A stretch of DNA of 64,000 bases from an uncultured Pseudobdellovibrionaceae bacterium (GCA_964520985.1 CAZFPB010000002.1:150115-214114), one strand, 5' to 3'; counted from the stretch's first letter, positions 9,976 to 17,785 are shown. The notes: a model not told the origin generated them from the letters alone. Translations and numbers: made by a program.

Positions 9976-10353
9976 ATGAAAACTTTTTTAGAATTTTTAG
10001 ATGAATCTGGTTATATGCCTGATATGGGCAGAGCTTGGACACAAACGTTTGGTGTAGGTTCACCTGAACCTGCTGAAGAACATCCTGACCCTAAATTAAA
10101 TCAAGCATTGAAGCGGCTTCATAGACAATCATATAACATGCGTCGCTCTGACAAAAAAGAAATGGATCGGATTGCTGATATTACTCGGCAACGCGATGAA
10201 GCAGGAATGCATGATTTAACTCCTAACAATTTCATGATCTGGAAAAATGAATACGAAAAACTTTCGAGTGATCCAGAGTTTGATCGTATGTCAGAACAAG
10301 AGAAAGATCAGTATATTCGCCAACGTTTACGTTTGCCGTCAGAGAATTATTAA
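9976..10353 (+). CDS. hypothetical protein
   Basis: 125 aa, charged. Confidence 0.45.
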   Translation: MKTFLEFLDESGYMPDMGRAWTQTFGVGSPEPAEEHPDPKLNQALKRLHRQSYNMRRSDKKEMDRIADITRQRDEAGMHDLTPNNFMIWKNEYEKLSSDPEFDRMSEQEKDQYIRQRLRLPSENY

Positions 10354-10356
10354 TCA

Positions 10357-11286
10357 ATGATTTTGATAAACGCTTCTCCGTACATTCCGCCACTTCCTCC
10401 AGGTCCTAATGGTGATGATTTTGAATCGGTTCATGTGTTCGGCGCCACAATGTTAGTTGGTGTTGGAATGCGAACTAGTGGTTTAAACATGATAGTTGCC
10501 GGAACAATAGGTGGGCAACGTAATTTGCTGTTTTCATCAGATGGTGGTGAGACCTGGAGTATTAATGCATTACCTCTTCCAACTGACGGAGTTAACCGTC
10601 AGCCATCAGCATTGGGGTTATCTGGAACGCGTACTTATATAGGACGAATTTCAACCACGGGAAATAACACCACTGGTAATGCTAACCTACAGTATGCATC
10701 TAACTACAATTCAATTTTTTCAAACGTTACGTACACGATGACGGGTGGAATTATTAGCATTGGGATGTCTGGAACGACAGCTGTGTTTTTGTCAGGGGCA
10801 GGACTGGTTAATGGTACAACTGATTTTAGTAGTTTTACAGGAACAAGTAACCTTTCACCTATTAGCCCAACCTCTATTATGTATGGAAACGGCATTTATT
10901 TAATGCTTGGAAGTAATGGTGTTTGTACTCTTAATGGTACAGCTGCGACTGGTTGGAATACGACTTCAATATCTGGATTAGATTTGACTGTTGCAGAATA
11001 TGCTGATGGAACGTGGTTGGGTGGCGGACTCAGTGGAAAGTTAGCGGTATCTACTACTGGTACTTCTTGGACTACAAAATCGTCACCATTGCCAGATAAC
11101 ATAAACAGTATTGCTTATGGAAATGGGGCGTGGGGTGTAATGACAAGTAACCAAATTGCATTCTCTGTAGATCTTAATTCGTGGCAGGTGTTTGATGTTA
11201 AAGGGTCTTCTGCTTATGGATTATGTTACAGTAATAATAGATTTATGTACGTGGCTAGCAATCAGCTATACGCGTTAAATTGGTAA
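10357..11286 (+). CDS. BNR/Asp-box repeat protein (paralog 1)
   Basis: SSDGGETWS matches the Asp-box SxDxGxTW exactly. Further degenerate copies STTGTSWTT and NLNSWQ. N-terminus MILINASPYIPP is shared with the downstream paralog. Confidence 0.55.
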   Translation: MILINASPYIPPLPPGPNGDDFESVHVFGATMLVGVGMRTSGLNMIVAGTIGGQRNLLFSSDGGETWSINALPLPTDGVNRQPSALGLSGTRTYIGRISTTGNNTTGNANLQYASNYNSIFSNVTYTMTGGIISIGMSGTTAVFLSGAGLVNGTTDFSSFTGTSNLSPISPTSIMYGNGIYLMLGSNGVCTLNGTAATGWNTTSISGLDLTVAEYADGTWLGGGLSGKLAVSTTGTSWTTKSSPLPDNINSIAYGNGAWGVMTSNQIAFSVDLNSWQVFDVKGSSAYGLCYSNNRFMYVASNQLYALNW

Positions 11287-11304
11287 ATTGAGGATTTTTT
11301 AAAA

Positions 11305-12240
11305 ATGATTTTAATTAATGCTACTCCGTATATTCCACCGGGTCCTCAGTTGCCAGATGCTGCTGACTTTGCTTCTCTTTTTGTGTTCCCTATCACTATG
11401 ACGTTACAGAATAATGGGTTATATCATGAACCTGGATCTAATACGTTATCAATCGGCGGCGCCAATTCTGGTCAAGGATCATTTAGTGTATCAACGGACG
11501 CTGGTGCCAGTTGGACAACGTATGGATTACCTGTTCCATCTGGTGGAAGCGCATCTAACGGTGCTACTGCGGTATTAACGAATGGTGCACAAGGGTATGT
11601 TAGTCGTAGTACAGGATCGAGCAGTGATGCTTCTAGAATTCAAACCTCCGCTAATTATACATCAACGTGGACTAACGTATCAACAAGCAATAACCTTGGA
11701 TCTGGTATCCGTTTCGCTGAAAACAGTGCTAACCAAATTGCATTGTTAACAAATAGTGGTCGAGTTAATAGTACAACGTCAAGAACGACGTGGTCGTCGA
11801 ATACTTCAGTTACTGCTATTGCTCCAAATAACTTGGTTGCTGGTAATGGAATATTTTTAGTGGTTGGTTCGGCTGGGGTTTCAACTTCTTCAAATGGTAC
11901 TAGTTGGACAAATACTACAATTGCGAGTTTAAATTTACTTACAGCTCGTTTTGATAATGGAATGTGGGTCGGTGGAGGAACTAATGGTAAGTTGATGACA
12001 AGTGCTACTGGTACTAGTTGGACAAACCAAACAACTCCATTGACCGATGATGTAGTAGGGATTGCATATGGAAATGGTGTTTGGGCTGCTTTGACGTCAA
12101 CGAAAATAGCGTTTTCGTTTGATGGAATTACATGGGTAGCACAAGATCCTCCAACGACTTCAGGTAATCATTCATTAGCGTATGTCAATGGCACATTCGT
12201 ATATATTAATGATAAAACTGTTTACTATTTAACATATTAA
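11305..12240 (+). CDS. BNR/Asp-box repeat protein (paralog 2)
   Basis: STDAGASWTT, SSNGTSWTN and SATGTSWTN are Asp-box-like repeats. Collinear with 10357-11286. Confidence 0.55.
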   Translation: MILINATPYIPPGPQLPDAADFASLFVFPITMTLQNNGLYHEPGSNTLSIGGANSGQGSFSVSTDAGASWTTYGLPVPSGGSASNGATAVLTNGAQGYVSRSTGSSSDASRIQTSANYTSTWTNVSTSNNLGSGIRFAENSANQIALLTNSGRVNSTTSRTTWSSNTSVTAIAPNNLVAGNGIFLVVGSAGVSTSSNGTSWTNTTIASLNLLTARFDNGMWVGGGTNGKLMTSATGTSWTNQTTPLTDDVVGIAYGNGVWAALTSTKIAFSFDGITWVAQDPPTTSGNHSLAYVNGTFVYINDKTVYYLTY

Positions 12241-12286
12241 ATTTATATAGGATAGTGTGTGATATTTCTTAAACAGAGAGTATCAC

Positions 12287-12517
12287 ATGCTGTCTAAATT
12301 TCCGGAAAAAATCGTTCAACCTAATCCCAATAAGAAAAAACCTCCTGTCAAATATGCGTCTTATCGTGAACAGGTATTGTTGCAACTTTTGCAATATATT
12401 ACTGAAGCACAAGCCGATCTGATTCTTGTTGATAATAAGCAGTCGATGTATGATATGCTTAGACTTCGTATGACACCAGAACAAGCAGCTCAATGGTTAT
12501 TAAATAATAAGGAATAA
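12287..12517 (+). CDS. hypothetical small protein
   Basis: 76 aa ORF with RBS; the antisense ORF 12269-12493 was rejected. Confidence 0.4.
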   Translation: MLSKFPEKIVQPNPNKKKPPVKYASYREQVLLQLLQYITEAQADLILVDNKQSMYDMLRLRMTPEQAAQWLLNNKE

Positions 12518-12518
12518 C

Positions 12519-13025
12519 ATGATTCAGATTAAAATATCGCTAGCAGGTAGGTTCAATAATTGTATTCCAACAATAGAATCTCACCAAGATAAGTACATGT
12601 GGAATCCAGAAACAATACGTGAAAATGAATTAAAATCTCATTTTAACCTTAATACGTTTTCCGATGTTTTGTCAAATTCTGGTCCTACCTTTTCACCTAT
12701 AACACTTCTTTCAAAAATGTTTATAAGAAATTCTAGTGACTTAAAAGGACTGGATTACAATACGCTACATATATCATTAGCAGGGTCTTTCGGGTTAGCT
12801 CATCAGTTAGTCGAGTTTGTTGATTATATGAATAACGATGAACAATCAAAGTATCAATATACCACATTTGAGAAATTATTAGACGTTGAAATATCATGCA
12901 CTAAATCATCAAAACGATACAAATTTCTTAATTGTTCATTAAAATCTGTTGAAATTCCAGTAATAACAGGAAACCTAACCAGCCACGTGTTTTTTAGATT
13001 TTTGCGGGTTGAAATTAACCAATAA
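12519..13025 (+). CDS. hypothetical protein
   Basis: 168 aa; TAACATG overlap with the upstream gene. Confidence 0.45.
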   Translation: MIQIKISLAGRFNNCIPTIESHQDKYMWNPETIRENELKSHFNLNTFSDVLSNSGPTFSPITLLSKMFIRNSSDLKGLDYNTLHISLAGSFGLAHQLVEFVDYMNNDEQSKYQYTTFEKLLDVEISCTKSSKRYKFLNCSLKSVEIPVITGNLTSHVFFRFLRVEINQ

Positions 13026-13070
13026 AATCAATGAGTTACAGAAAATAAACAAAAAATATGTAAAAAGTTG

Positions 13071-13099
13071 TTGACAAAGCACTAAATACAAAATAAGAT
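13071..13099 (+). promoter_or_regulatory. sigma70-like promoter (TTGACA-17-TAAGAT)
   Basis: TTGACA at 13071-76, a 17-nt spacer, then TAAGAT at 13094-99. Sits in an AT-rich gap ahead of a small ORF and the tRNA island. Confidence 0.45.
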
Positions 13100-13133
13100 G
13101 TGCAAACTTTTTACACAAACAGAGATTTTTGAA

Positions 13134-13232
13134 ATGAACGCAAACATAGCCATTATTAAGAACGCGAAGGCGGTGGTGAATAATACCACGAAGCGCGGGC
13201 AGGCTATGATTGGTGGTGGATGCAGCAACTAA
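13134..13232 (+). CDS. possible 32-aa peptide (MNANIAIIKNAKAVVNNTTKRGQAMIGGGCSN)
   Basis: Short ORF between the promoter at 13071 and the terminator at 13262. Below the 60-aa ORF-track cutoff, so found by reading. Confidence 0.25.
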   Translation: MNANIAIIKNAKAVVNNTTKRGQAMIGGGCSN

Positions 13233-13261
13233 AGCTGACAGAAACCGAAGAAAATCAAAAA

Positions 13262-13288
13262 CCTGGCCCTAAAAAGCCAGGTTTTTTC
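13262..13288 (+). terminator. rho-independent terminator
   Basis: CCTGGC-CCTAAAAA-GCCAGG hairpin followed by TTTTTTCG. Confidence 0.7.
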
Positions 13289-13541
13289 GTTTCTGGGATA
13301 TAAAAAATGAATAAAACAGAACAAGATCGACTGATAGCAGAAGCTAATATTCTTCTGGATCGAATAGAAGCAAATTTGCGTTTTATTGTTGAATCGATTC
13401 AGGAGCGTAAAAATGGATTTAGATGAAGTAGTTCGTAAAGCGATTGAGAAAATTGATAGCCTTACAGTTGACGAATTGGAACAAGCGTTAAACAAATACG
13501 GTTATTATCCTGAACGGAAGGATAACCAAGAATAAAGATTT

Positions 13542-13617
13542 GGGGCTAGGGACTGCAGGGGGTGGTCGTCTCACTTGCAATGAGAAAATCAGCGGGGTTC
13601 GATTCCCCGTAGCTCCA
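13542..13617 (+). tRNA. tRNA-Ala(TGC)-like
   Basis: Acceptor GGGGCTA/TAGCTCC with G3:U70 (Ala identity). Anticodon arm TCTCA-CTTGCAA-TGAGA. T-arm CGGGG-TTCGATT-CCCCG. D-loop atypical and variable region 7 nt, so moderate confidence. Confidence 0.5.
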
Positions 13618-13668
13618 CAAGTTAACCTTTAATGACGATAGTTGGTTATTAAAGGATAATGCATGTAT

Positions 13669-13757
13669 AGTAGAGTGGTGTAATGGTTGCACGCTAGGCT
13701 TATAACCTAGAAGCCCCAGATTAGGGCGTGGTGACGGGTTCGATTCCCTCCTCTACT
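13669..13757 (+). tRNA. tRNA-like element, degenerate (anticodon-arm-like CTAGG-CTTATAA-CCTAG, long extra arm)
   Basis: Acceptor-like AGTAGAG/CTCTACT, D-arm GTG-TAATGGTT-CAC, extra hairpin GCCC-CAGATTA-GGGC. The T-stem has only 3 clean bp. Possible pseudo-tRNA. Confidence 0.25.
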
Positions 13758-13767
13758 ACAGAACAAT

Positions 13768-13852
13768 AGTATTGTGGCCGAATGGGTAGGCAACAGCCTG
13801 ATAAGCTGTGTCAGTAATGACGAAGCTGGTTCGAGTCCAGTCAATACTACCA
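13768..13852 (+). tRNA. tRNA with Ile anticodon GAT and a long (type-II-like) variable arm; encoded CCA
   Basis: Acceptor AGTATTG/CAATACT + A + CCA. D GCC-GAATGGGTA-GGC. Anticodon arm ACAGC-CTGATAA-GCTGT. A 15-nt variable arm with hairpin GTCA-GTAA-TGAC. T GCTGG-TTCGAGT-CCAGT. 85 nt. Confidence 0.5.
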
Positions 13853-13865
13853 ATTAGATGGTAGA

Positions 13866-14192
13866 TTGTATATGTATGCACTACAGTACGCTGATTTTCG
13901 ACCCCGCCCATATAATGTGCGGGACATTATAGAAATAGTTATTGATTGGCCAGTGAAAGGATTTGGTTGGATAAGTGGCCAGTTAGATACCACATTAATG
14001 GAATTTTCTAGTGTTAGAGAGTTGTTTAACAAAATTGAAGATTTACCAGATCAATTTTGTTTTAACAGTGAACATTGTAGCGGATTTGTTCAAGGAAATA
14101 ATGTTACAATGCGATTAGGATTAAGCGCCAAAATATCTACGTCGAACGCATCATGGAAGGTAATGTTTGATGAAGTGTCACGACAAAAGTGA
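13866..14192 (+). CDS. hypothetical protein
   Basis: 108 aa ORF between tRNAs. Confidence 0.4.
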   Translation: MYMYALQYADFRPRPYNVRDIIEIVIDWPVKGFGWISGQLDTTLMEFSSVRELFNKIEDLPDQFCFNSEHCSGFVQGNNVTMRLGLSAKISTSNASWKVMFDEVSRQK

Positions 14193-14370
14193 TGAAGAAG
14201 TGATTGAGTTATCTCGTAGCTTGCAGTATGGTTGTCAACAGCAACGAGAGATGATAGCAGAAGCGAAGAGACGTGGAATATTTGATGGTGAACAACATTT
14301 GAGATTGAGTCCAATTGGACAGTTGCTTGAACATAATCCAAATATTGTTAATCGTAGAGTGTAGTTAAAT

Positions 14371-14445
14371 GGGGTGCTGGCGTAATGGCAGCGCACGAGA
14401 CTTTTAATCTCGCAGGTCTGGGTTCGAGTCCCAGGCGCCCCACCA
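14371..14445 (+). tRNA. tRNA-Lys(TTT), CCA encoded
   Basis: Acceptor GGGGTGC/GCGCCCC, D GCG-TAATGGCA-GCGC, anticodon arm CGAGA-CTTTTAA-TCTCG, T CTGGG-TTCGAGT-CCCAG, ACCA 3' end. Confidence 0.85.
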
Positions 14446-14462
14446 AATAGCTTGAGGTATGT

Positions 14463-14768
14463 ATGTTTATAGATATCCGTAAAGCTAATAAGATTGTTGT
14501 TACACAACATGCAAAGCAGCGTGCTTATCAACGTGCTAAGTTGTTTATGTTTCAACATGAATTAGCAAATATACATATCTTTTTGCAGAATGATTTTTTA
14601 TCGTCTTCTGTAGATATGAAATTTGTAGTGGTGCCGTTCTACAAGAACAAGTTGGAAACTAAGTACGGTAAAGGAAGTTTTATTAGCCATTCCAAGTTGT
14701 TTAAGTACATGGCAATGTGTGACAATGATAGGATAGTTATCCGTTCAGTTGCATACATAGGAAATTAG
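14463..14768 (+). CDS. hypothetical protein
   Basis: 101 aa ORF with RBS GAGG. Confidence 0.4.
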   Translation: MFIDIRKANKIVVTQHAKQRAYQRAKLFMFQHELANIHIFLQNDFLSSSVDMKFVVVPFYKNKLETKYGKGSFISHSKLFKYMAMCDNDRIVIRSVAYIGN

Positions 14769-14775
14769 TTACAAT

Positions 14776-14852
14776 GCTCGATTGAAGCCGAATGGGAAGG
14801 CACGATCCTTACAAGGTCGGACGCGGTGGTTCGATTCCACCATCGAGCACCA
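14776..14852 (+). tRNA. tRNA-Val(TAC), CCA encoded
   Basis: Acceptor GCTCGAT/ATCGAGC, anticodon arm CGATC-CTTACAA-GGTCG, T GGTGG-TTCGATT-CCACC, ACCA. Confidence 0.85.
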
Positions 14853-14869
14853 AGTTTTGAGATGGTTTC

Positions 14870-15133
14870 ATGACCCTTGATGAATTATTAGATACAGAAA
14901 TACGTGGTGGTAGATACTGGTTTAAGAATTCAGGGAATGGAACAGTTCGCAAGTTTTTAACCTTGCGATCGTTGCTAGACCGAAATGGAACGTACAACAT
15001 ACAATTTGATTGTACTAAGTATACGGGCACTGTTATTTGTAACGATGCTGAAAATGGTCTAGTTGTTGTACAAATGCTTCATAATGAACATATGAGGTAT
15101 GGGTTCAAGTGGCCATTTAATAAAGCTCAGTAA
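14870..15133 (+). CDS. hypothetical protein
   Basis: 87 aa; its stop codon lies inside the 5' end of the next tRNA. Confidence 0.4.
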   Translation: MTLDELLDTEIRGGRYWFKNSGNGTVRKFLTLRSLLDRNGTYNIQFDCTKYTGTVICNDAENGLVVVQMLHNEHMRYGFKWPFNKAQ

Positions 15134-15199
15134 ACTTTGACGGTGAAGCCTTGCCTTGTAAGCAAGCGGAAGACAGTTCGAATCTGTCACTGAGCTCCA
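15125..15199 (+). tRNA. tRNA-Thr(TGT), CCA encoded
   Basis: Acceptor GCTCAGT/ACTGAGC, anticodon arm CTTGC-CTTGTAA-GCAAG, T GACAG-TTCGAAT-CTGTC, TCCA end. Confidence 0.85.
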
Positions 15200-15215
15200 A
15201 ACAAGAGTTGATTGT

Positions 15216-15419
15216 ATGAAAAATATAAATGATGGTGAGTGGTATCCATGTGCATGTATGGGACCGACAGGTGATGATCCTTACTGTCGTTGTGAGATGA
15301 GACGCAGAGGATTAACTCCAACACCACTGTGGACACCTGAAGCAAGAGAAGAATTGAAAAAAGCACTTCAACGAGTGATGGAAATAGAAGATGAAATGTT
15401 AAATCAGTCAAAGGACTGA
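15216..15419 (+). CDS. hypothetical small Cys-containing protein
   Basis: 67 aa with CACMGPTGDDPYCRCE. Confidence 0.4.
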   Translation: MKNINDGEWYPCACMGPTGDDPYCRCEMRRRGLTPTPLWTPEAREELKKALQRVMEIEDEMLNQSKD

Positions 15420-15428
15420 TTTAACAAT

Positions 15429-15499
15429 AGGTCTGTCGTCTAATGGCAAGACACACCCCTGATTAGGGTGGAACTCAGGTTCGAGTCCTGACTGACCTA
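15429..15499 (+). tRNA. tRNA-Ile(GAT)-like variant (U at position 37, one acceptor mismatch)
   Basis: Anticodon arm CACCC-CTGATTA-GGGTG is nearly identical to the canonical Ile tRNA at 18021, except a T at position 37. D GTCT-AATGGCA-AGAC; T TCAGG-TTCGAGT-CCTGA. Confidence 0.5.
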
Positions 15500-15504
15500 C
15501 GAAG

Positions 15505-15580
15505 GTGAGACCATCGTTCAACGGAGAGGATACCGGTCGCGGAGATCGGAGATCTAGGTTCGAATCCTAGTGGAATTACC
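15505..15580 (+). other. tRNA-like fragment with a canonical T-arm and tandem GGAGATC GGAGATC, no acceptor pairing found
   Basis: CTAGG-TTCGAAT-CCTAG T-arm at 15554-15570; no complementary 5' acceptor partner within about 80 nt upstream. Confidence 0.25.
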
Positions 15581-15634
15581 TGTGGATAAATAAACAATTG
15601 TTGTGCTCTCCATAAATACTCTATTTGGAGTATT

Positions 15635-16192
15635 TTGAAGTTGTGGAAGTGCAAACATTGTAATATTGAGTTTAATTTTGATACCAAATCTGAAAAAGCA
15701 AACCATACCAGATGGTGTCATTTAAATCCAAAAAGAAGTCAATTTATAGAAGAGAATAAGCAAAGAGCTGTCGAACGCAACATTCAACGATTTGGGTTGT
15801 TTGTTGATATTGACGTTGAATGTTCTACTTGTGAATGTACATTCACAATAACAGAGCGATCCAAACTCTTTGACAGTAATAAAAAGTATTATTGTAGTAA
15901 AACGTGTTCTAATAGTGTTGGTGGTGCAGCAAACGCAGCTAGATTAGAAGCGAATGGTGAATTTAAAAGTTACACAGTAATATGTTTTAAACATCATAAA
16001 AGATGTTGTATACTGTGTGGCTTTGATAAAATAGTTGAAGTGCATCATTATGATTATAACCATCATAATAATGTACCTGAGAATTTAGTTCCTTTATGTC
16101 CAAATCATCATCAAATGGTGCATTCGAAATATAGGAGCGAGATAATTTCTGACGTCGATGCATATGTTAAGAAATTTAAAGATGGGCTGTAG
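15635..16192 (+). CDS. HNH endonuclease with N-terminal zinc-finger-like region
   Basis: C-terminal CILCGF...VEVHHYD...NLVPLCPNHHQMVH is an HNH motif. N-terminal CKHCN...HTRWCH. Embedded in the tRNA island. Confidence 0.65.
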   Translation: MKLWKCKHCNIEFNFDTKSEKANHTRWCHLNPKRSQFIEENKQRAVERNIQRFGLFVDIDVECSTCECTFTITERSKLFDSNKKYYCSKTCSNSVGGAANAARLEANGEFKSYTVICFKHHKRCCILCGFDKIVEVHHYDYNHHNNVPENLVPLCPNHHQMVHSKYRSEIISDVDAYVKKFKDGL

Positions 16193-16255
16193 GTGTTGAT
16201 GGGGGCACGCGAGCTTTGCACGCTTGAGGGAACGGTTCGATTCCGTTACGGTCCA
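16184..16255 (+). tRNA. tRNA-Ala(TGC)
   Basis: Acceptor GGGCTGT/ACGGTCC with G3:U70. D GTGT-TGATGGGG-GCAC. Anticodon arm CGAGC-TTTGCAC-GCTTG. T AACGG-TTCGATT-CCGTT. Overlaps the HNH stop codon. Confidence 0.65.
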
Positions 16256-16272
16256 CAAATAGAGGATTAAAC

Positions 16273-16509
16273 ATGCTTGTACGTGTGAAAGACCTTAAAA
16301 AGTTTGACGGTTATGTGTTTGGTGCTGATTGCTTCTTAAAGAATTGGCCTGAAATTAAAACAACTGGTATTGAAGTAAAACTGATTGGTGAGTTTTACTA
16401 TGTAATGGTAGATGGAAAACAAGCAGGTCTTTCTGCTTTTTTCAGTGAAGAAGAAATGCAATACCTCGAACAGGTTCCTCCTGATGTGTCGAGTCTAGTA
16501 AAGGATTAA
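16273..16509 (+). CDS. hypothetical small protein
   Basis: 78 aa with RBS GAGGA. Confidence 0.4.
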   Translation: MLVRVKDLKKFDGYVFGADCFLKNWPEIKTTGIEVKLIGEFYYVMVDGKQAGLSAFFSEEEMQYLEQVPPDVSSLVKD

Positions 16510-16511
16510 GT

Positions 16512-16835
16512 GTGAAGATATTGTTTGTGTGCAGACAGGGAAGAATGAGAAGTAGGACAGCTGCCCATGTCTTTAAAAGCTACACAGTTGACACGCAGTA
16601 TTGTGGTACAGATAGTGACAGTCATGTTCCATGTACACAGGATATGATTGATAAATGTGACATAATTGTGTGTATGGAAGATCAAAATTATTGGGAGATA
16701 GTTCAAAATTTTGATCTGAATGGAAGACCAATTAAGACGCTAGGTCTTCCAGACGAATATGATTACATGGATGATGGATTGATTCAGTTGTTAAAGATCG
16801 CTCTATCAAAGAATGGAATTTTAAATTTTTTGTAG
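16512..16835 (+). CDS. hypothetical protein
   Basis: 107 aa, Cys-rich. Confidence 0.4.
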   Translation: MKILFVCRQGRMRSRTAAHVFKSYTVDTQYCGTDSDSHVPCTQDMIDKCDIIVCMEDQNYWEIVQNFDLNGRPIKTLGLPDEYDYMDDGLIQLLKIALSKNGILNFL

Positions 16836-16839
16836 TAAT

Positions 16840-16912
16840 TATTAGTTGGTGTAGTGGGAGCACAATGACCCGCAGAGGGTTAGAGGGAATGGTTCGAATC
16901 CATTACTAATAG
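16840..16912 (+). tRNA. tRNA, anticodon unresolved (non-canonical anticodon loop)
   Basis: Acceptor TATTAGT/ACTAATA, D GTGT-AGTGGGA-GCAC, T AATGG-TTCGAAT-CCATT. Best anticodon stem is TGACC/GGTTA with loop CGCAGAG, which lacks U33. Confidence 0.45.
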
Positions 16913-16998
16913 CGTAAGCGACGTTGCTTAGTAGAATCTGTAATCCTCTCTTTGGACGGGACCAGGCGGGGGCGATCGCAAAGGTTTGGAGTTGTGTT

Positions 16999-17226
16999 AT
17001 GAAAATGTGGTATGTTCTTGTTGAAATGAAAAATTCTACAAGACCGTTGATTGATACTGTTGTGACTGATGATACTGTTGAACAATCACAATTAGAAGAG
17101 TACGTGAATGCGATGTACGCAAAATATAACATGGCTTCGCATTTTTTAAGTGTGAAAAGCGTGCATGATATTGGACCTTGCTATACAATTATGGGTACAG
17201 AAGTTACATTTATGGATGAAAATTAA
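16999..17226 (+). CDS. hypothetical small protein
   Basis: Start moved to ATG 16999 to clear the upstream tRNA. Confidence 0.35.
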   Translation: MKMWYVLVEMKNSTRPLIDTVVTDDTVEQSQLEEYVNAMYAKYNMASHFLSVKSVHDIGPCYTIMGTEVTFMDEN

Positions 17227-17234
17227 GAAATAAT

Positions 17235-17324
17235 TCCGCTCGGGCTGGCTAGGTGAAGGCTTTCGGCTGTTAACCGAATGACTCCTTAAATGGAGGCGAG
17301 GTTCGAATCCTCGGGGCGGAGCCA
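17235..17324 (+). tRNA. tRNA with Asn anticodon GTT and a long (type-II-like) variable arm; CCA encoded
   Basis: Acceptor TCCGCTC/GGGCGGA + G + CCA. Anticodon arm TTCGG-CTGTTAA-CCGAA. An 18-nt variable arm with hairpin CTCC-TTAAAT-GGAG. T CGAGG-TTCGAAT-CCTCG. 90 nt. Confidence 0.5.
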
Positions 17325-17343
17325 AATTAAAGAGAATAGAAGT

Positions 17344-17775
17344 ATGAGAGGTGATAGAACAAAACAGAAGGGAACGCTGGGTGAGCTTTGTGTTATGTTT
17401 GAAGCAGCGAAACGTGGATATAATGTTCTAGTGCCTTGTGGTGATTATTCTCAATACGATTTAGTGGTAGAACGTAACGGAAAGTTTGAACGAGTTCAGG
17501 TTAAATCTGTAACTCCAAAAGATGGAAAGTTGTGTGTTCATACTAAAAGTATGACTTTTGACAAAGAACAAAGTACAAATAATCGAAGTAAACAAGTAAA
17601 ATATTCTGCAGGTGATTTTGATTGGTTAGCTGCGTATGATTTAGAAAATGATGAAGTATATTTCATTCCGGCAAATTTAGTAGTTAATCGAACAAGTTTT
17701 GCATTGCGTTTATCTGATACAAAGAATGGTCAAATAGCAAATGTTCGATTTGCTAAAGACTTTCAAAATTGGTAA
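17344..17775 (+). CDS. PD-(D/E)XK-like nuclease family protein (putative)
   Basis: Start moved to ATG 17344 to clear the tRNA. GDYSQYDLVVERNGKFERVQVKS has a D...(D/E)xK arrangement typical of restriction-endonuclease-fold nucleases. Confidence 0.4.
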   Translation: MRGDRTKQKGTLGELCVMFEAAKRGYNVLVPCGDYSQYDLVVERNGKFERVQVKSVTPKDGKLCVHTKSMTFDKEQSTNNRSKQVKYSAGDFDWLAAYDLENDEVYFIPANLVVNRTSFALRLSDTKNGQIANVRFAKDFQNW

Positions 17776-17785
17776 ACATTAGTAT

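Noticed and set aside
13229-13495. 88-aa - strand ORF upstream of the tRNA island
   Set aside because: Overlaps a + strand terminator hairpin and + strand micro-ORFs with RBSs; low-complexity Phe/Ser/Ile translation.
14235-14558. 107-aa - strand ORF spanning tRNA-Lys
   Set aside because: Overlaps a high-confidence tRNA and two + strand ORFs; all surrounding genes are on the + strand.
15475-15687. 70-aa - strand ORF across tRNA-like elements
   Set aside because: Overlaps the tRNA T-arm regions; no signals.
17290-17343. Upstream start at 17290 for the nuclease-like ORF
   Set aside because: It would overlap the 3' end of the tRNA at 17235-17324; the ATG at 17344 gives a clean gene.
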